Shown here piece by piece: positions 10,263-20,100 of a DNA stretch of 64,000 bases. The notes beneath the pieces were generated by a model. The model ran no database searches. It was not told where the DNA came from and saw nothing but the letters and a program-made list of their open reading frames with translations. A program made the position numbers and the translations under genes. The number at the start of each line of letters is the position of its first letter. The first letter of the stretch is position 1. Source of the stretch: an uncultured Bacteroidota bacterium. Its GTDB lineage: Bacteria; Bacteroidota; Bacteroidia; UKL13-3. The DNA is taken from contig CAIUDH010000076.1 of NCBI GenBank assembly GCA_903897855.1, forward strand, positions 97,643 through 161,642, written 5' to 3'.

Positions 10263-11528
10263 ATGACACCAAGAAACTTAATCGCCTGTTTCCTTATCTT
10301 TACTGTTACGCTTTTAAATGCGCAATCAAGAAAGCAGTTAGAGCAAAAACGCAAACAGAAGCAACTCGAAATTGAACAAACCAAGAACTATCTCAAAGAA
10401 AATAGCAAAAAGCAAAAAAAATCGTTGTATGAGCTGCAAACGCTCGGTCGTCAAATTCAAGTACGACAAGAAATAATAAACACCGCTGCCGGAGAAATAG
10501 ATTTATTGAGCAGTGAGATTGGCTACCTCGAAACCAATATAAAAAAGTTAGAAGAAAATCTTGATGCCTTAAAACGCCAATATGCCGCGATGATTTACGA
10601 AGCATACAAAAACAGGAGTCTGACCGACAAGATGGCTTTTGTTCTTTCTGCCAAAGATTTTAATCAGAGCTATCAACATCTTAACTATCTGCAACAGATC
10701 GGGAAATTTAGTAAACTCAAAGCGGATGAGATTAATTCAACTCAGAACAAATTAAATCAACGTATTGAAGAGCTTACAGGGTCGAAACGAACCAAGGAAG
10801 AATTGGTAAATTCGAGTAAAACAGAGAAAGTGGAACTCGAAGGCGACAAAAAAACAGAGGCCGTAATGTTATCCCAGCTCAAAGGAAAGGAATCACAAAT
10901 GAAAAAAGACCTTCAGATAAAGCTAGTTCAGATAAAACAACTCGATCTGGCCATTTCCAATGCCATCGCCAAAGAAATAGAATCGGCACGCAAGAAAGCG
11001 GAGGAGGAGGCACGTAAGAAGGCTGCTACTGCGTCGAAGAGTACGGACACAAAAACAGAAAGCAAAAAAGAATCTTCCTTTACCAATCGCAACAATACAG
11101 AAGCTGGTAATGCTCTTAGTGCTGATTTTGAAAAAAACAAAAACCGATTACCCTGGCCTGTCGATAAAGGTTACGTCATCCGCCCTTTTGGGGTTCATTC
11201 ACATCCTACTATACCCAATGTACAAACTGAAAATAATGGGGTAGATATTGCCACCAGTGATGGCGCTATTGCAAAATCAATTTTTAAAGGAGAGGTGCGT
11301 GCCGTTTTCCCTGTGCCAGGCATGGGAACCGCTGTTCTGGTGAGCCACGGAAATTATTATTCGGTGTATTGCAAATTACAAACTGTTACCGTTACTGTTG
11401 GGTCAAGGGTAGCACTAGGAAGTCCTATTGGAGTTATTATGAAAAGTGATGATGATGAAAAAACAGAACTCCATTTAGAAATATGGAAAAATACAGAGAA
11501 GCAAAACCCGGAAGCCTGGTTAAGATAA
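10263..11528 (+). CDS. coiled-coil M23 peptidase (EnvC-like murein hydrolase or activator)
   Basis: Signal peptide, ~270 aa of K/E/Q-rich coiled coil, and a C-terminal LytM/M23 domain (GVDIATSDGAIAKSIFKGEVRAV...VLVSHGNYYSVYCKL...LHLEIW). Confidence 0.85.
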   Translation: MTPRNLIACFLIFTVTLLNAQSRKQLEQKRKQKQLEIEQTKNYLKENSKKQKKSLYELQTLGRQIQVRQEIINTAAGEIDLLSSEIGYLETNIKKLEENLDALKRQYAAMIYEAYKNRSLTDKMAFVLSAKDFNQSYQHLNYLQQIGKFSKLKADEINSTQNKLNQRIEELTGSKRTKEELVNSSKTEKVELEGDKKTEAVMLSQLKGKESQMKKDLQIKLVQIKQLDLAISNAIAKEIESARKKAEEEARKKAATASKSTDTKTESKKESSFTNRNNTEAGNALSADFEKNKNRLPWPVDKGYVIRPFGVHSHPTIPNVQTENNGVDIATSDGAIAKSIFKGEVRAVFPVPGMGTAVLVSHGNYYSVYCKLQTVTVTVGSRVALGSPIGVIMKSDDDEKTELHLEIWKNTEKQNPEAWLR

Positions 11529-11533
11529 AAAAA

Positions 11534-12007
11534 CTATCTGCTGATTTCGAGAATCTCTAGTTTCAATTTCCCTGCTGGCACCTCCACTTCAAATTTATCT
11601 CCCACTTTCTTACCCATTAAGGCCGATCCTATGGGCGATTTCATTGAGATTTTTCCATCTTTAAAATCAGCTTCACTCTCAGATACAATTTTAAAGGTCT
11701 GCTCCTTTTTTAATTTGTGGTTCATAAACCGAACTCTGCTCAACACCGTGACTGAACTCAAGTCTAAATCTCTTTCATCAATGACCCGAGCAAGTGCAAT
11801 AATATTCTGTATTCTGATGATACGAGTCTCATTATGAGACATCGCCTCTTTTGCTGCTTCATATTCGGCATTTTCAGATAAATCTCCTTTGTCGCGAGCT
11901 TCAGCCAACGACTGTTTTATGATTTCGCGCTCTACCGATTTAAGGTGTTTTAATTCCTTTTTCAGTTTATCTAAGCCTTCTTGAGTGAAATATTGTAGTT
12001 CTGCCAT
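11534..12007 (-). CDS. greA: transcription elongation factor GreA
   Basis: MAELQYFTQEGLDKLKKELKHLKSVEREIIKQSLAEARDKGDLSENAEYEAAKEA... is the GreA coiled coil, followed by the C-terminal FKBP-like domain. I use the internal ATG at 12007 because the track extension to 12055 runs through a terminator hairpin. Confidence 0.9.
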   Translation of the reverse strand: MAELQYFTQEGLDKLKKELKHLKSVEREIIKQSLAEARDKGDLSENAEYEAAKEAMSHNETRIIRIQNIIALARVIDERDLDLSSVTVLSRVRFMNHKLKKEQTFKIVSESEADFKDGKISMKSPIGSALMGKKVGDKFEVEVPAGKLKLEILEISR

Positions 12008-12032
12008 TGGTAGTTTATTAGAACGTCTATAC

Positions 12033-12071
12033 AAAAAAAGAAACGTCCCGACCATCGAGGCAGGAACGTTT
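12033..12071 (-). terminator. intrinsic terminator or attenuator between the PorV-like gene and greA
   Basis: Minus strand reads AAACGTTCC-N13-GGGACGTTT (9-bp stem with one G-U pair) followed by CTTTTTTT. It ends 25 nt before the greA ATG. Confidence 0.6.
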
Positions 12072-12081
12072 ATTCTTAATG

Positions 12082-12089
12082 CAAAAATA
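12082..12089 (-). promoter_or_regulatory. candidate -7 box TATTTTTG upstream of the greA leader hairpin
   Basis: CAAAAATA on the plus strand equals TATTTTTG on the minus strand. It lies between the PorV-like stop (12124) and the hairpin. Confidence 0.3.
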
Positions 12090-12123
12090 CGTTATTTTAT
12101 TAAAGAAGTAATATTTTATTTTA

Positions 12124-13224
12124 CTATTCGCTTTCTCCTAAATCTATTCGAATACCAAAACTATGGGTTGCACCCAAAATTCGGCTGTCGCGGAAAGAAT
12201 AATCAAATGCCACTAAATTGTCGCTTCCCCCTTTCTTGAGCGGAATATAAATACTAGCTCCTGCCGCAATTCCAGAAAAAGCATTGATGCGTAAAGCAGC
12301 ATCATTAATTTTATCTTCATATTGATATCCTGCACGAAGGGCGAAAATTTTCTTGTAACCATATTCAAACCCAAGTCCAAACTGGTTGTTAGCGTAAGCG
12401 TTTGAAGTAAAGTTTCCAGCAAGGGTGAATCGGTTGTTATAAACACCCGAATCTTGGTCTAGTCTAAGGTCATAAGACACTCCAATATGCAACTGGGTTG
12501 GCAATTGAAAAGTAGCCGACCGTGCTTGTAAAGTACGTTGAATTCCATCCACATCGGTGGCATGGTAAGATAACCCATCTCCAGCAAATGCGCCGTTTAC
12601 CCCAACACTTCTCAACGATATACCCAAATGAATATCACGTCCTTTCACTGCACTTTTAGGCATTAACACTTTTTTTGACTTGGCCGAAAATTGAACACCG
12701 GCATCGATACATCCGGTACGTGCTTTTACATCGCTCGCCCCTGCCTCTGAGATGCCTCTAAAAACAAGACCACAAGAAATGGCGTCCGAGAATTTGTGAC
12801 CATAGCCAATAGCAAAATTACTAAAGCGAGGAGAGAAGGTTCCAATTCCACCCTCAGGATTATTCACATCGGTGCGCATGATATTGCCAAAATTCATTGA
12901 AAATACCGAGAGCCCTATATACGAGGAGGAGCCAATTTTTTGGGCAAGTCCAAATGAATTAATCTTTATATCCGCCAATTTTAGATAGTCGACATAGGAG
13001 AAAGCAATATTGGAACTGTTGATCTGAGTAATACCCGCGATGTTAAGGTTAAATGCTTCCACGCCCTTTACATTGGCTGTGTTAATACCATTCCATCCAC
13101 TACTATTAGCCCATGGATTAATCATCAATTCGGTGGCCCCTGCAGTACCAGTTCGTGCAGGATTTCCTGCCCAACTTATGGCAGCAATACTTAAGGCCGT
13201 AATACTTATTATAATTCGTTTCAT
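12124..13224 (-). CDS. PorV/PorQ-family outer-membrane beta-barrel protein
   Basis: 366 aa. Signal peptide (ALSIAAISWA), then the N-terminal motif TGTAGATELMINPWANSSGWNG, which resembles the PorV/LptO signature. Amphipathic beta-strand pattern throughout, ending in ...SFGIRIDLGESE. Confidence 0.6.
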   Translation of the reverse strand: MKRIIISITALSIAAISWAGNPARTGTAGATELMINPWANSSGWNGINTANVKGVEAFNLNIAGITQINSSNIAFSYVDYLKLADIKINSFGLAQKIGSSSYIGLSVFSMNFGNIMRTDVNNPEGGIGTFSPRFSNFAIGYGHKFSDAISCGLVFRGISEAGASDVKARTGCIDAGVQFSAKSKKVLMPKSAVKGRDIHLGISLRSVGVNGAFAGDGLSYHATDVDGIQRTLQARSATFQLPTQLHIGVSYDLRLDQDSGVYNNRFTLAGNFTSNAYANNQFGLGFEYGYKKIFALRAGYQYEDKINDAALRINAFSGIAAGASIYIPLKKGGSDNLVAFDYSFRDSRILGATHSFGIRIDLGESE

Positions 13225-13269
13225 CTTGTGCTTTTTTAAATGATATGATTTGCTTTTAAAAACTAATTT

Positions 13270-16200
13270 CTAGAATGAATCCAGATCTACTGGTCGCATC
13301 ACTCCCATCCATTTCAATACTTTAACTCCCAAATCGCCACAATCGATATGGATAATATACATCCCACTAGCAATAGGAACAGCACTTCCGTTGTTTAAAT
13401 CCCAGCGGGTTTCAACGAGGTTGTCGTCTTTCTTGATGGTTTTTACCAAATTACCATTTAAGGTATAGATACGAATAGTACATTTTTGGGGCAAATTAGT
13501 GAACTTAACATAAGTGGCTATTTGATCGCCTTCGTAATCATGTGAAGGTGAGAAACCATAGTATGGATTAGGCACTACATTAATTTTTTCTACTCCTTTT
13601 TTAGCAGCCGCTACCGTAAACTGGGTGGCAATCTCTTTGGTGTCAAATTCGTAGTGTGGTCTTCCGTTATTGGTTGTAATCGAAGTTTTTAGGCGTTGAT
13701 ACGGTTTCGTCACACGATATCGAATACGCACATCATTTGGAATAATACCATCTTTCACTGATTTCAATTTCATTCCTGGTGCCAGATAAGACATCATCAC
13801 ATACATACATGAACGATACACTTTTATCATATCGGTAGTGGCGTTGCTAGCTAAAAGTGTTGCGATGCCATTACATTCGTCATACCCGCCAAATTTAAAT
13901 GCACTCGTGCCAATACCAACGGTATCGTCAGTGAAAACATAAACATAATGTTTGCCTCCAATTAAAGGATAGTCGTCTACTTGTGAGAAGGTATTAGAGG
14001 TAGGATTCCAAATCATATCAGCTCCATTTTCTCCCTGCAAATGTGAATCTTCTCCAAAGGCTATGTTTAAACGCTGGCCTGTTTCTATATTAATGGCATA
14101 TCCTGGGAACCATCCTTTTCCATTTCCAGTTCCATCGGCATTACCTTCCTTATCAACAGATTGTGATCTACGAAGTCCTAATTTTACAGCACCTCCAATA
14201 GCATCCGTGGGTTGTTCTGCCTCTTCTAATACAACACAACGTGTCCATTTAGTCTTATCTGAAGTGAACACCAAATCAATACTGGAAAGGTTTTCCATTC
14301 TGTTCTGAGCGGTAGAAGTACTACTATTAAATGCAGGGCCGAAGGTGTTTCCTTTTGTAGCGCTATAGGGCGAATAGGCACATAAACGGTAAGGAGCAAA
14401 AGTGCCTTCGAGTGCTTTTTCATAAACTTGCTGCGGATCTATCATCTCGGTTGCACCCCCGAAGTCACCGTAATAATCATGTAGATAAGGATCATAGCTT
14501 GTGGGTGTTGACCTTATTATTTGTTCGCCTACTTTTCCTGAGCGTATCCAATTGTAAATTGAGACAAAACTCAAATCAACATCCGGAAGGCCCGTAAGCC
14601 ATCTTTGATTTTTGTCACTCCACTCAAAGGATGCCTCAATGAAGCCATTCTTCACCGACTCATCAATACTGAACGCCCAACTTCCGGGATTACTTGCTTG
14701 TTTTATAGCAACACTGATACCCCATTTGGCAATAATTTGTTCAGCTCCAATCGTAATATCCGCATCACTTTTCACCGTATCTCCAGTAGATTGTCTTACA
14801 ATTATCCAGCGACTTGTTGGCCATATAGAATCGCCTTTAACTTTGCTCATTGGGCTAAATTTATTCGCCGGGTCATAGGCAATATAAACTTCAAATTTAT
14901 CGTTGGGTACTTTTAAAGGATCTATAACTTTTATTCTTACGGGGGTAGAACCGCCTTTGTAGATCGGGAACTCCGATTTGCCTTTCGCTAAAATCTCATC
15001 AATCGTTTCTTGAGTTAACTCTAAAGAATTACCTCCATTTCCCCTTCCTTCTAAACGTTTCATTAATGGTCCGGCACCATATTTAGCCAATGAATCGTTG
15101 TCAATACCATTATTCACACTCCAAACTTTATGAGGCGAAACACTTAACGTATTGGTATTTAAACGACCCGCAAGATACTGTTCTGGATCATTTTGGTCAT
15201 TGGTCGCATTGGAGTATGACACAATCTTAAAGCTATAGTTCTTATAATTAACCAAGGCGCTATTCCCTGTGGCAAAGGCATCCGATTTAATCTGAAAAGA
15301 ATGGCGTAAACCAACATTTTCACCGGTAACTTTAAGTATTTTTACAAAATCAGAAACAGTGGGGTCGAATACTTTATTCACTAATCGATCGGCATCATCT
15401 TTAATATCGCACTGAAATATGAGACGCGCTCTATCTGGATTATTCAACTCGGCAGAGGTAACAGAAGCATCTTTTAACTGATAAATTTGATATCCCTGAA
15501 ATTTATATAAAATCGCATTGCCTGCCGATCCTTTCACGATGGCATTGTACTTTTCAACTTTTTGAGTACAATATTTTGATGTTGTATCCGATGATAAATT
15601 CAAGATGAACTCTTGATCTAAAGTTTGAATCGTAAAATCAGGAGATGGAGGCCCATCTGTAATTTCAAAATTGTTATTAAACAACTTCTGCGCTTTATCA
15701 TCAGCTTGCCTTAAGAGTTCAAGTGAACCTGTAGCCCCACCAGAAGATGCTCTTGCCCATACAACTCCAACGGTAACTTCATTACGAGCTCCTGGTAATA
15801 GCTTGAAAGGTCCAGCACTTTGTAAAAATCGACGGTCGCCAGGTTCGTTCCCCGCACTTTTTTCAGTCCAGCTATATCTTCCTGCCGGATCGGTAGTACC
15901 TGGAAACATATAACTGCAGGTATCCGTCCCGCTTCTACCTCTGCCTCCGTAGGTCATCTGAACATTACTTTTCCATATTCCTTTTAAGTAATTATAATAA
16001 TGCTGTGATTTTTCAGGATTTCCAAAGAGGGTAAAATCATTATCATAATATACAAATTTTGCCATTCCTAAAGTATTACCGTTCTCGTCTTTAGGGCCTT
16101 TAAAAAAATCTATCCCTACGCTAGGTGGATTTAAACCATAACCTAAAATTCCATCGTCGTTATCGTCTCCATTATAGCAATAACCTAAACTACGTCCTAC

Positions 16201-17088
16201 ATCACAACCAACATAGTCGTCGGCATAATTTCCTAAATCAGGGTCAGCCCACAGTCCAAAATAACATTTATCCAAAAAATCACTTCCCCTGTTTATAATT
16301 TCGGTCTTATAAAACGTCATGTTATTGATTTCATCGTTTGTCTGAAATGCAAAAGCCATCGTATGAAGTTCTAAGCCAATAGCTAAGGCATCTGTTTCTG
16401 TATGAACATTACCTTTATCATTATAAGCCCACCAGATAGCCATATCTCCTAAGATATTGGGGTAATCGGTGCCTGGCTCATAATCGAGTGATCCTCCAAC
16501 ATTGATATATGGAGCTAAAAAATGAGATATCGAACCTGAACCGAAGTTGAAATTATTTCCCGGCCACGATTTCATATCATCCGTGGTAATATTCTTTTTA
16601 GGATCCAAAAAGTTCTCAATTTCCAAACGGGTAACTTTCCATAACCTATCGTACTCTGTACAAGTATTGGCGCTTACAGAGGCTAACGTATCTAGTGGCC
16701 CAGCAAAAAAGTCCACTCCGTTTTGGCGATAGGTGTTGGCGGCAATCTTTAAGTTGCTACTTCCATCTAGGCCACCTATCCATAAGGAACCAGAAAAGAT
16801 AGAGTTCAATTTCCGCTGATTCGGATCGGTCACCTTTGGAATTTCATATTTGGCAGAATTCAGATCCCACCACATATCGCCCCCATTCAAGATGGTAGTT
16901 CGTACGTTGTTTATATCGAGGATAGCCTGAGCAGTAGGACGAGCACAACCACCTGCCGTTTTCATTAAACTCGATGCATTCTGGTTATTATTGGAGGGTT
17001 TTAATCCAATAACCTCTCTGGCCTGCAGTGCCATGGCAAAAAATGGTATCGTGATTAAGATTATAATTTTTATGTTATTAAGTTTCAT
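13270..17088 (-). CDS. 1272-aa secreted protein of unknown function with a variant T9SS/FlgD-Ig-like C-terminal domain
   Basis: Signal peptide (IPFFAMALQA). No catalytic motif that I recognise. The last ~100 aa read INVVPNPYYG...CTIRIYTLNGNLVKTIKK...RWDLNNGSAVPIASGMYIIHIDCG...KWMGVMRPVDLDSF, which resembles CTD-type sorting domains. Confidence 0.8.
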   Translation of the reverse strand: MKLNNIKIIILITIPFFAMALQAREVIGLKPSNNNQNASSLMKTAGGCARPTAQAILDINNVRTTILNGGDMWWDLNSAKYEIPKVTDPNQRKLNSIFSGSLWIGGLDGSSNLKIAANTYRQNGVDFFAGPLDTLASVSANTCTEYDRLWKVTRLEIENFLDPKKNITTDDMKSWPGNNFNFGSGSISHFLAPYINVGGSLDYEPGTDYPNILGDMAIWWAYNDKGNVHTETDALAIGLELHTMAFAFQTNDEINNMTFYKTEIINRGSDFLDKCYFGLWADPDLGNYADDYVGCDVGRSLGYCYNGDDNDDGILGYGLNPPSVGIDFFKGPKDENGNTLGMAKFVYYDNDFTLFGNPEKSQHYYNYLKGIWKSNVQMTYGGRGRSGTDTCSYMFPGTTDPAGRYSWTEKSAGNEPGDRRFLQSAGPFKLLPGARNEVTVGVVWARASSGGATGSLELLRQADDKAQKLFNNNFEITDGPPSPDFTIQTLDQEFILNLSSDTTSKYCTQKVEKYNAIVKGSAGNAILYKFQGYQIYQLKDASVTSAELNNPDRARLIFQCDIKDDADRLVNKVFDPTVSDFVKILKVTGENVGLRHSFQIKSDAFATGNSALVNYKNYSFKIVSYSNATNDQNDPEQYLAGRLNTNTLSVSPHKVWSVNNGIDNDSLAKYGAGPLMKRLEGRGNGGNSLELTQETIDEILAKGKSEFPIYKGGSTPVRIKVIDPLKVPNDKFEVYIAYDPANKFSPMSKVKGDSIWPTSRWIIVRQSTGDTVKSDADITIGAEQIIAKWGISVAIKQASNPGSWAFSIDESVKNGFIEASFEWSDKNQRWLTGLPDVDLSFVSIYNWIRSGKVGEQIIRSTPTSYDPYLHDYYGDFGGATEMIDPQQVYEKALEGTFAPYRLCAYSPYSATKGNTFGPAFNSSTSTAQNRMENLSSIDLVFTSDKTKWTRCVVLEEAEQPTDAIGGAVKLGLRRSQSVDKEGNADGTGNGKGWFPGYAINIETGQRLNIAFGEDSHLQGENGADMIWNPTSNTFSQVDDYPLIGGKHYVYVFTDDTVGIGTSAFKFGGYDECNGIATLLASNATTDMIKVYRSCMYVMMSYLAPGMKLKSVKDGIIPNDVRIRYRVTKPYQRLKTSITTNNGRPHYEFDTKEIATQFTVAAAKKGVEKINVVPNPYYGFSPSHDYEGDQIATYVKFTNLPQKCTIRIYTLNGNLVKTIKKDDNLVETRWDLNNGSAVPIASGMYIIHIDCGDLGVKVLKWMGVMRPVDLDSF

Positions 17089-17125
17089 AATTAAACTTTT
17101 TAAATAATGTGTCGTTGCTAAAATA

Positions 17126-20100
17126 TTAGAGGTCCTTTCTGCTGTTGAAAATCATACGCACCCCTATTCGGGCTTGACGAGGTAAGGCATAAAGTCCGGG
17201 GTTATTAAGTCGTAATTTGTATTGATCAATAAATGCTTGTTCGTTTATTTGACTTTGTGCTGCACGAATACCATCAGCAGAGGTAAGATAGCCGTCATCG
17301 GTAGGTAGACCTGTGTTACTGTATACGCCGAGCACATTTTGTGTATTTAGGATATTGTTACAAGCAATGTATACATTCAACAGAAACGACTTTTTGCCAT
17401 CCTTGTCAACATTTTCACTTTTGCTTTTATATTTCACAACAAAATTCTTATCCATGGTCACATCAACATATACCTGACCTGGTAAGCGCTGTCCGTTAAG
17501 AGAACCTTGAATTGGATTTCTTGAAACACTACCTCCAATGACTTGAGAAACATTTTTATTCGCTGATGCTGTGTAAGGGGCACCTGAAAATCCTTGCAGT
17601 TGCACATTTAAACCAAAATCTTCGAATACGTTACGGTCTTTCCCTTTCAACTTCATTACAGGACCATCGTAAGGATGCTCTTTATCTGTTTTAAATCGGT
17701 AATCAACACCTATTTTAAAGGTATGACGAAAATCAACATCCAGAGGCTGCAGTGTTTTCAAACTTGGTTTGTTTACGGCGATCAATCCTGCACTGGTAGA
17801 AGCTGAAGAGCCTGTACCATCGGCAAATAGAAGACTGTAATTCGCTACAATATCCATATGTCTGAAGGCATATAAGAAGTATTCTAAACGAAAGGCCTTA
17901 GAGGTAGAAAAATCTTCATTACCAAAAGCGGTATAACTCGTTGGAAAAGCTTGATAAAAGCGCTTTAATTGAATCAAATCGCGAGTCTCCGAGTATGAAG
18001 CAATGAAGCTAATCGCCGAGGCTGGCGTTAACGTTTGCTTGTAGCCTACTTCATAGCTTGTTTTTTTCGAAGGTCTCAAATTGGGATTCGCTAAAGTACC
18101 ATCCAGAGCACGACGTTCGAAATATTGATAGTCATCATTAGTAGCAAAAAAACCTTCCGCTGGCCTTTGACTCAATACATCATAGTTGGCAAAAAATTCC
18201 GCGTCGTCATTAATTGGAAATGAGAACCAAATTCGAGGCATAAAAATCGGAGTCGGAGTATAATCCTGAAACGCATTTGCATCGAGTTTATACTTACCTA
18301 AATCAACCGACGGATTAACCAACCATGGCTGAATACGTCCTTCGTCCTGAGACAATACAGAGGGGTCGGTTAGTACATTCCCCTCCTTATTATACCAAGT
18401 GCTTCCGCTTCTGAAACCCAATAAATTAGGTGACGAACTTTTGTAGGCATCTACATATACTGTATAGTCGCTGCCAATGGTACTTGGTATCTGACTTTGA
18501 TCTTTCCATTCGGCAGCGGTATGAGCAGGAAACAGCAAATAGGGGTCTTTCAAAACTTTAATATTGGCATCAAACTGTTCTGCTCTCAAACCGAGGCGGA
18601 ATTTTATTTCTTTATAGCTAAATTGATCTTGAACCCAAGCTGCGGCATTGATGGGTGCAAATGCTCCAATAGGTCTGTTCGGATCTTCGTTCCAATCTTT
18701 TATGGATGGACGACCTTTGATCACGTTGCCCAAATAATCGTATCCATAAACATCGATGGATTGATTTCCATTATTATACAAGTCATCGGGTGCAAACCAA
18801 GCCAACTTCATGTCTTCTGGTTTCATCGCATTCACATCTATCCATGAATTTTGTGTCACTGGATTTCCGTAAACATCTTTTGCCCCTTTACTAATCAATT
18901 CTTGACGTAAATTCTTGGCAAATACACTTTCGTCGGAGGCATTAAATAGACGATTATAATATACTGTATCTTGAAATACTCCATTGGCATCATAGGCTAA
19001 GATAGGATGTGCAAGATCCAACTCCTCCACAGCCTTATTTGCGAGTGCCGTAGCCCGGCCCCACAAACCAGCAGCAGCAATACTATAGCCGCGTTGTACA
19101 CGTTGTTCGTAGGATAATCCAAATTGCAAATCATGCTTTTTCGATCGATCCGTTACTGGAGCTAAAGACGCTTCACCAATAGCATAAAGGGTGAACTGAT
19201 CAGAGCGGCTTTTACTATAACCACTTGGATATGACCCCACATTGGCCCACATACTATAAACTGAGCTAGGGCCATCGCCATTCATTAAACCTCCATACGC
19301 TTGAACCCAATTCGAATTTCTTATGATTCTACCATACTCATCAAAAACTTGCTGTGTATAATTGGCTGCAATTGGATTTAAATCACTTTTCTGAAAAGTC
19401 ATCGCAGTATCCCCAAAACCAATGGTTTTGTAGTAATCACGTAACTTTACCGATTTGTTATACTGATCTACAAATTCATCCGGTAACTCGTCGGCCTTCT
19501 TACTTACCTTTCCGTAACCTGCTACCTTATAGGTTGTAAACTTACCTATATAACCATAGTCCCAGGTGTTGAAATCATGTCGTGGATCATAATTAGAGCC
19601 CGACACAACGGTATAATCGGCTCTCACAGTATAGAGGGCGTCGGTAACGATTGACTTGTCTTTTTCTTTGTCCTCTTTTTTGTCGGCCCCCGATTTTAAT
19701 TTATGCGTCATACTCACACTAAAACGGTTCGTTAAATTCGTGCTCTCCGAAGCGTTTTTATAATTAAACATCGAGCTTGTGAAACTGTAACCAGCTCCAC
19801 GGCTCCAGCCTCCATTGAGTCCGACTTGTATGTTTACGTTTTTAGATGGCTGAATCGTTAAACTACTGATATATGAAATGCCCGATGACGCAGCATTAAG
19901 CCTGTATTTCACTCGCTCTAAATCGCTTTGGTTGATGTAACTTGCACTCGGCACTAACCCTGTACCTGAAGGACTTGGAGAATTCGGTTTAATTTCAAGC
20001 TCTGCCAACTTCGCATCACTCAATTTATAGATTGGAATCGCAGAAGGACTGCCATCACGCTGATGTACAGCAGAGAAGCCAACCGTATAGCCCAACACCA

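Noticed and set aside
13270-17088. Possibility that the 1272-aa protein is the T9SS sortase PorU. The size is right (PorU of Flavobacterium is about this long), it retains a CTD, and it lies immediately upstream of a PorV-like gene.
   Set aside because: I found no gingipain/C25-type catalytic His (GHG-like) or Cys motif anywhere in the sequence, and the N-terminal region does not resemble what I recall of PorU. I therefore treat it as an unknown family. A profile search would settle the question.
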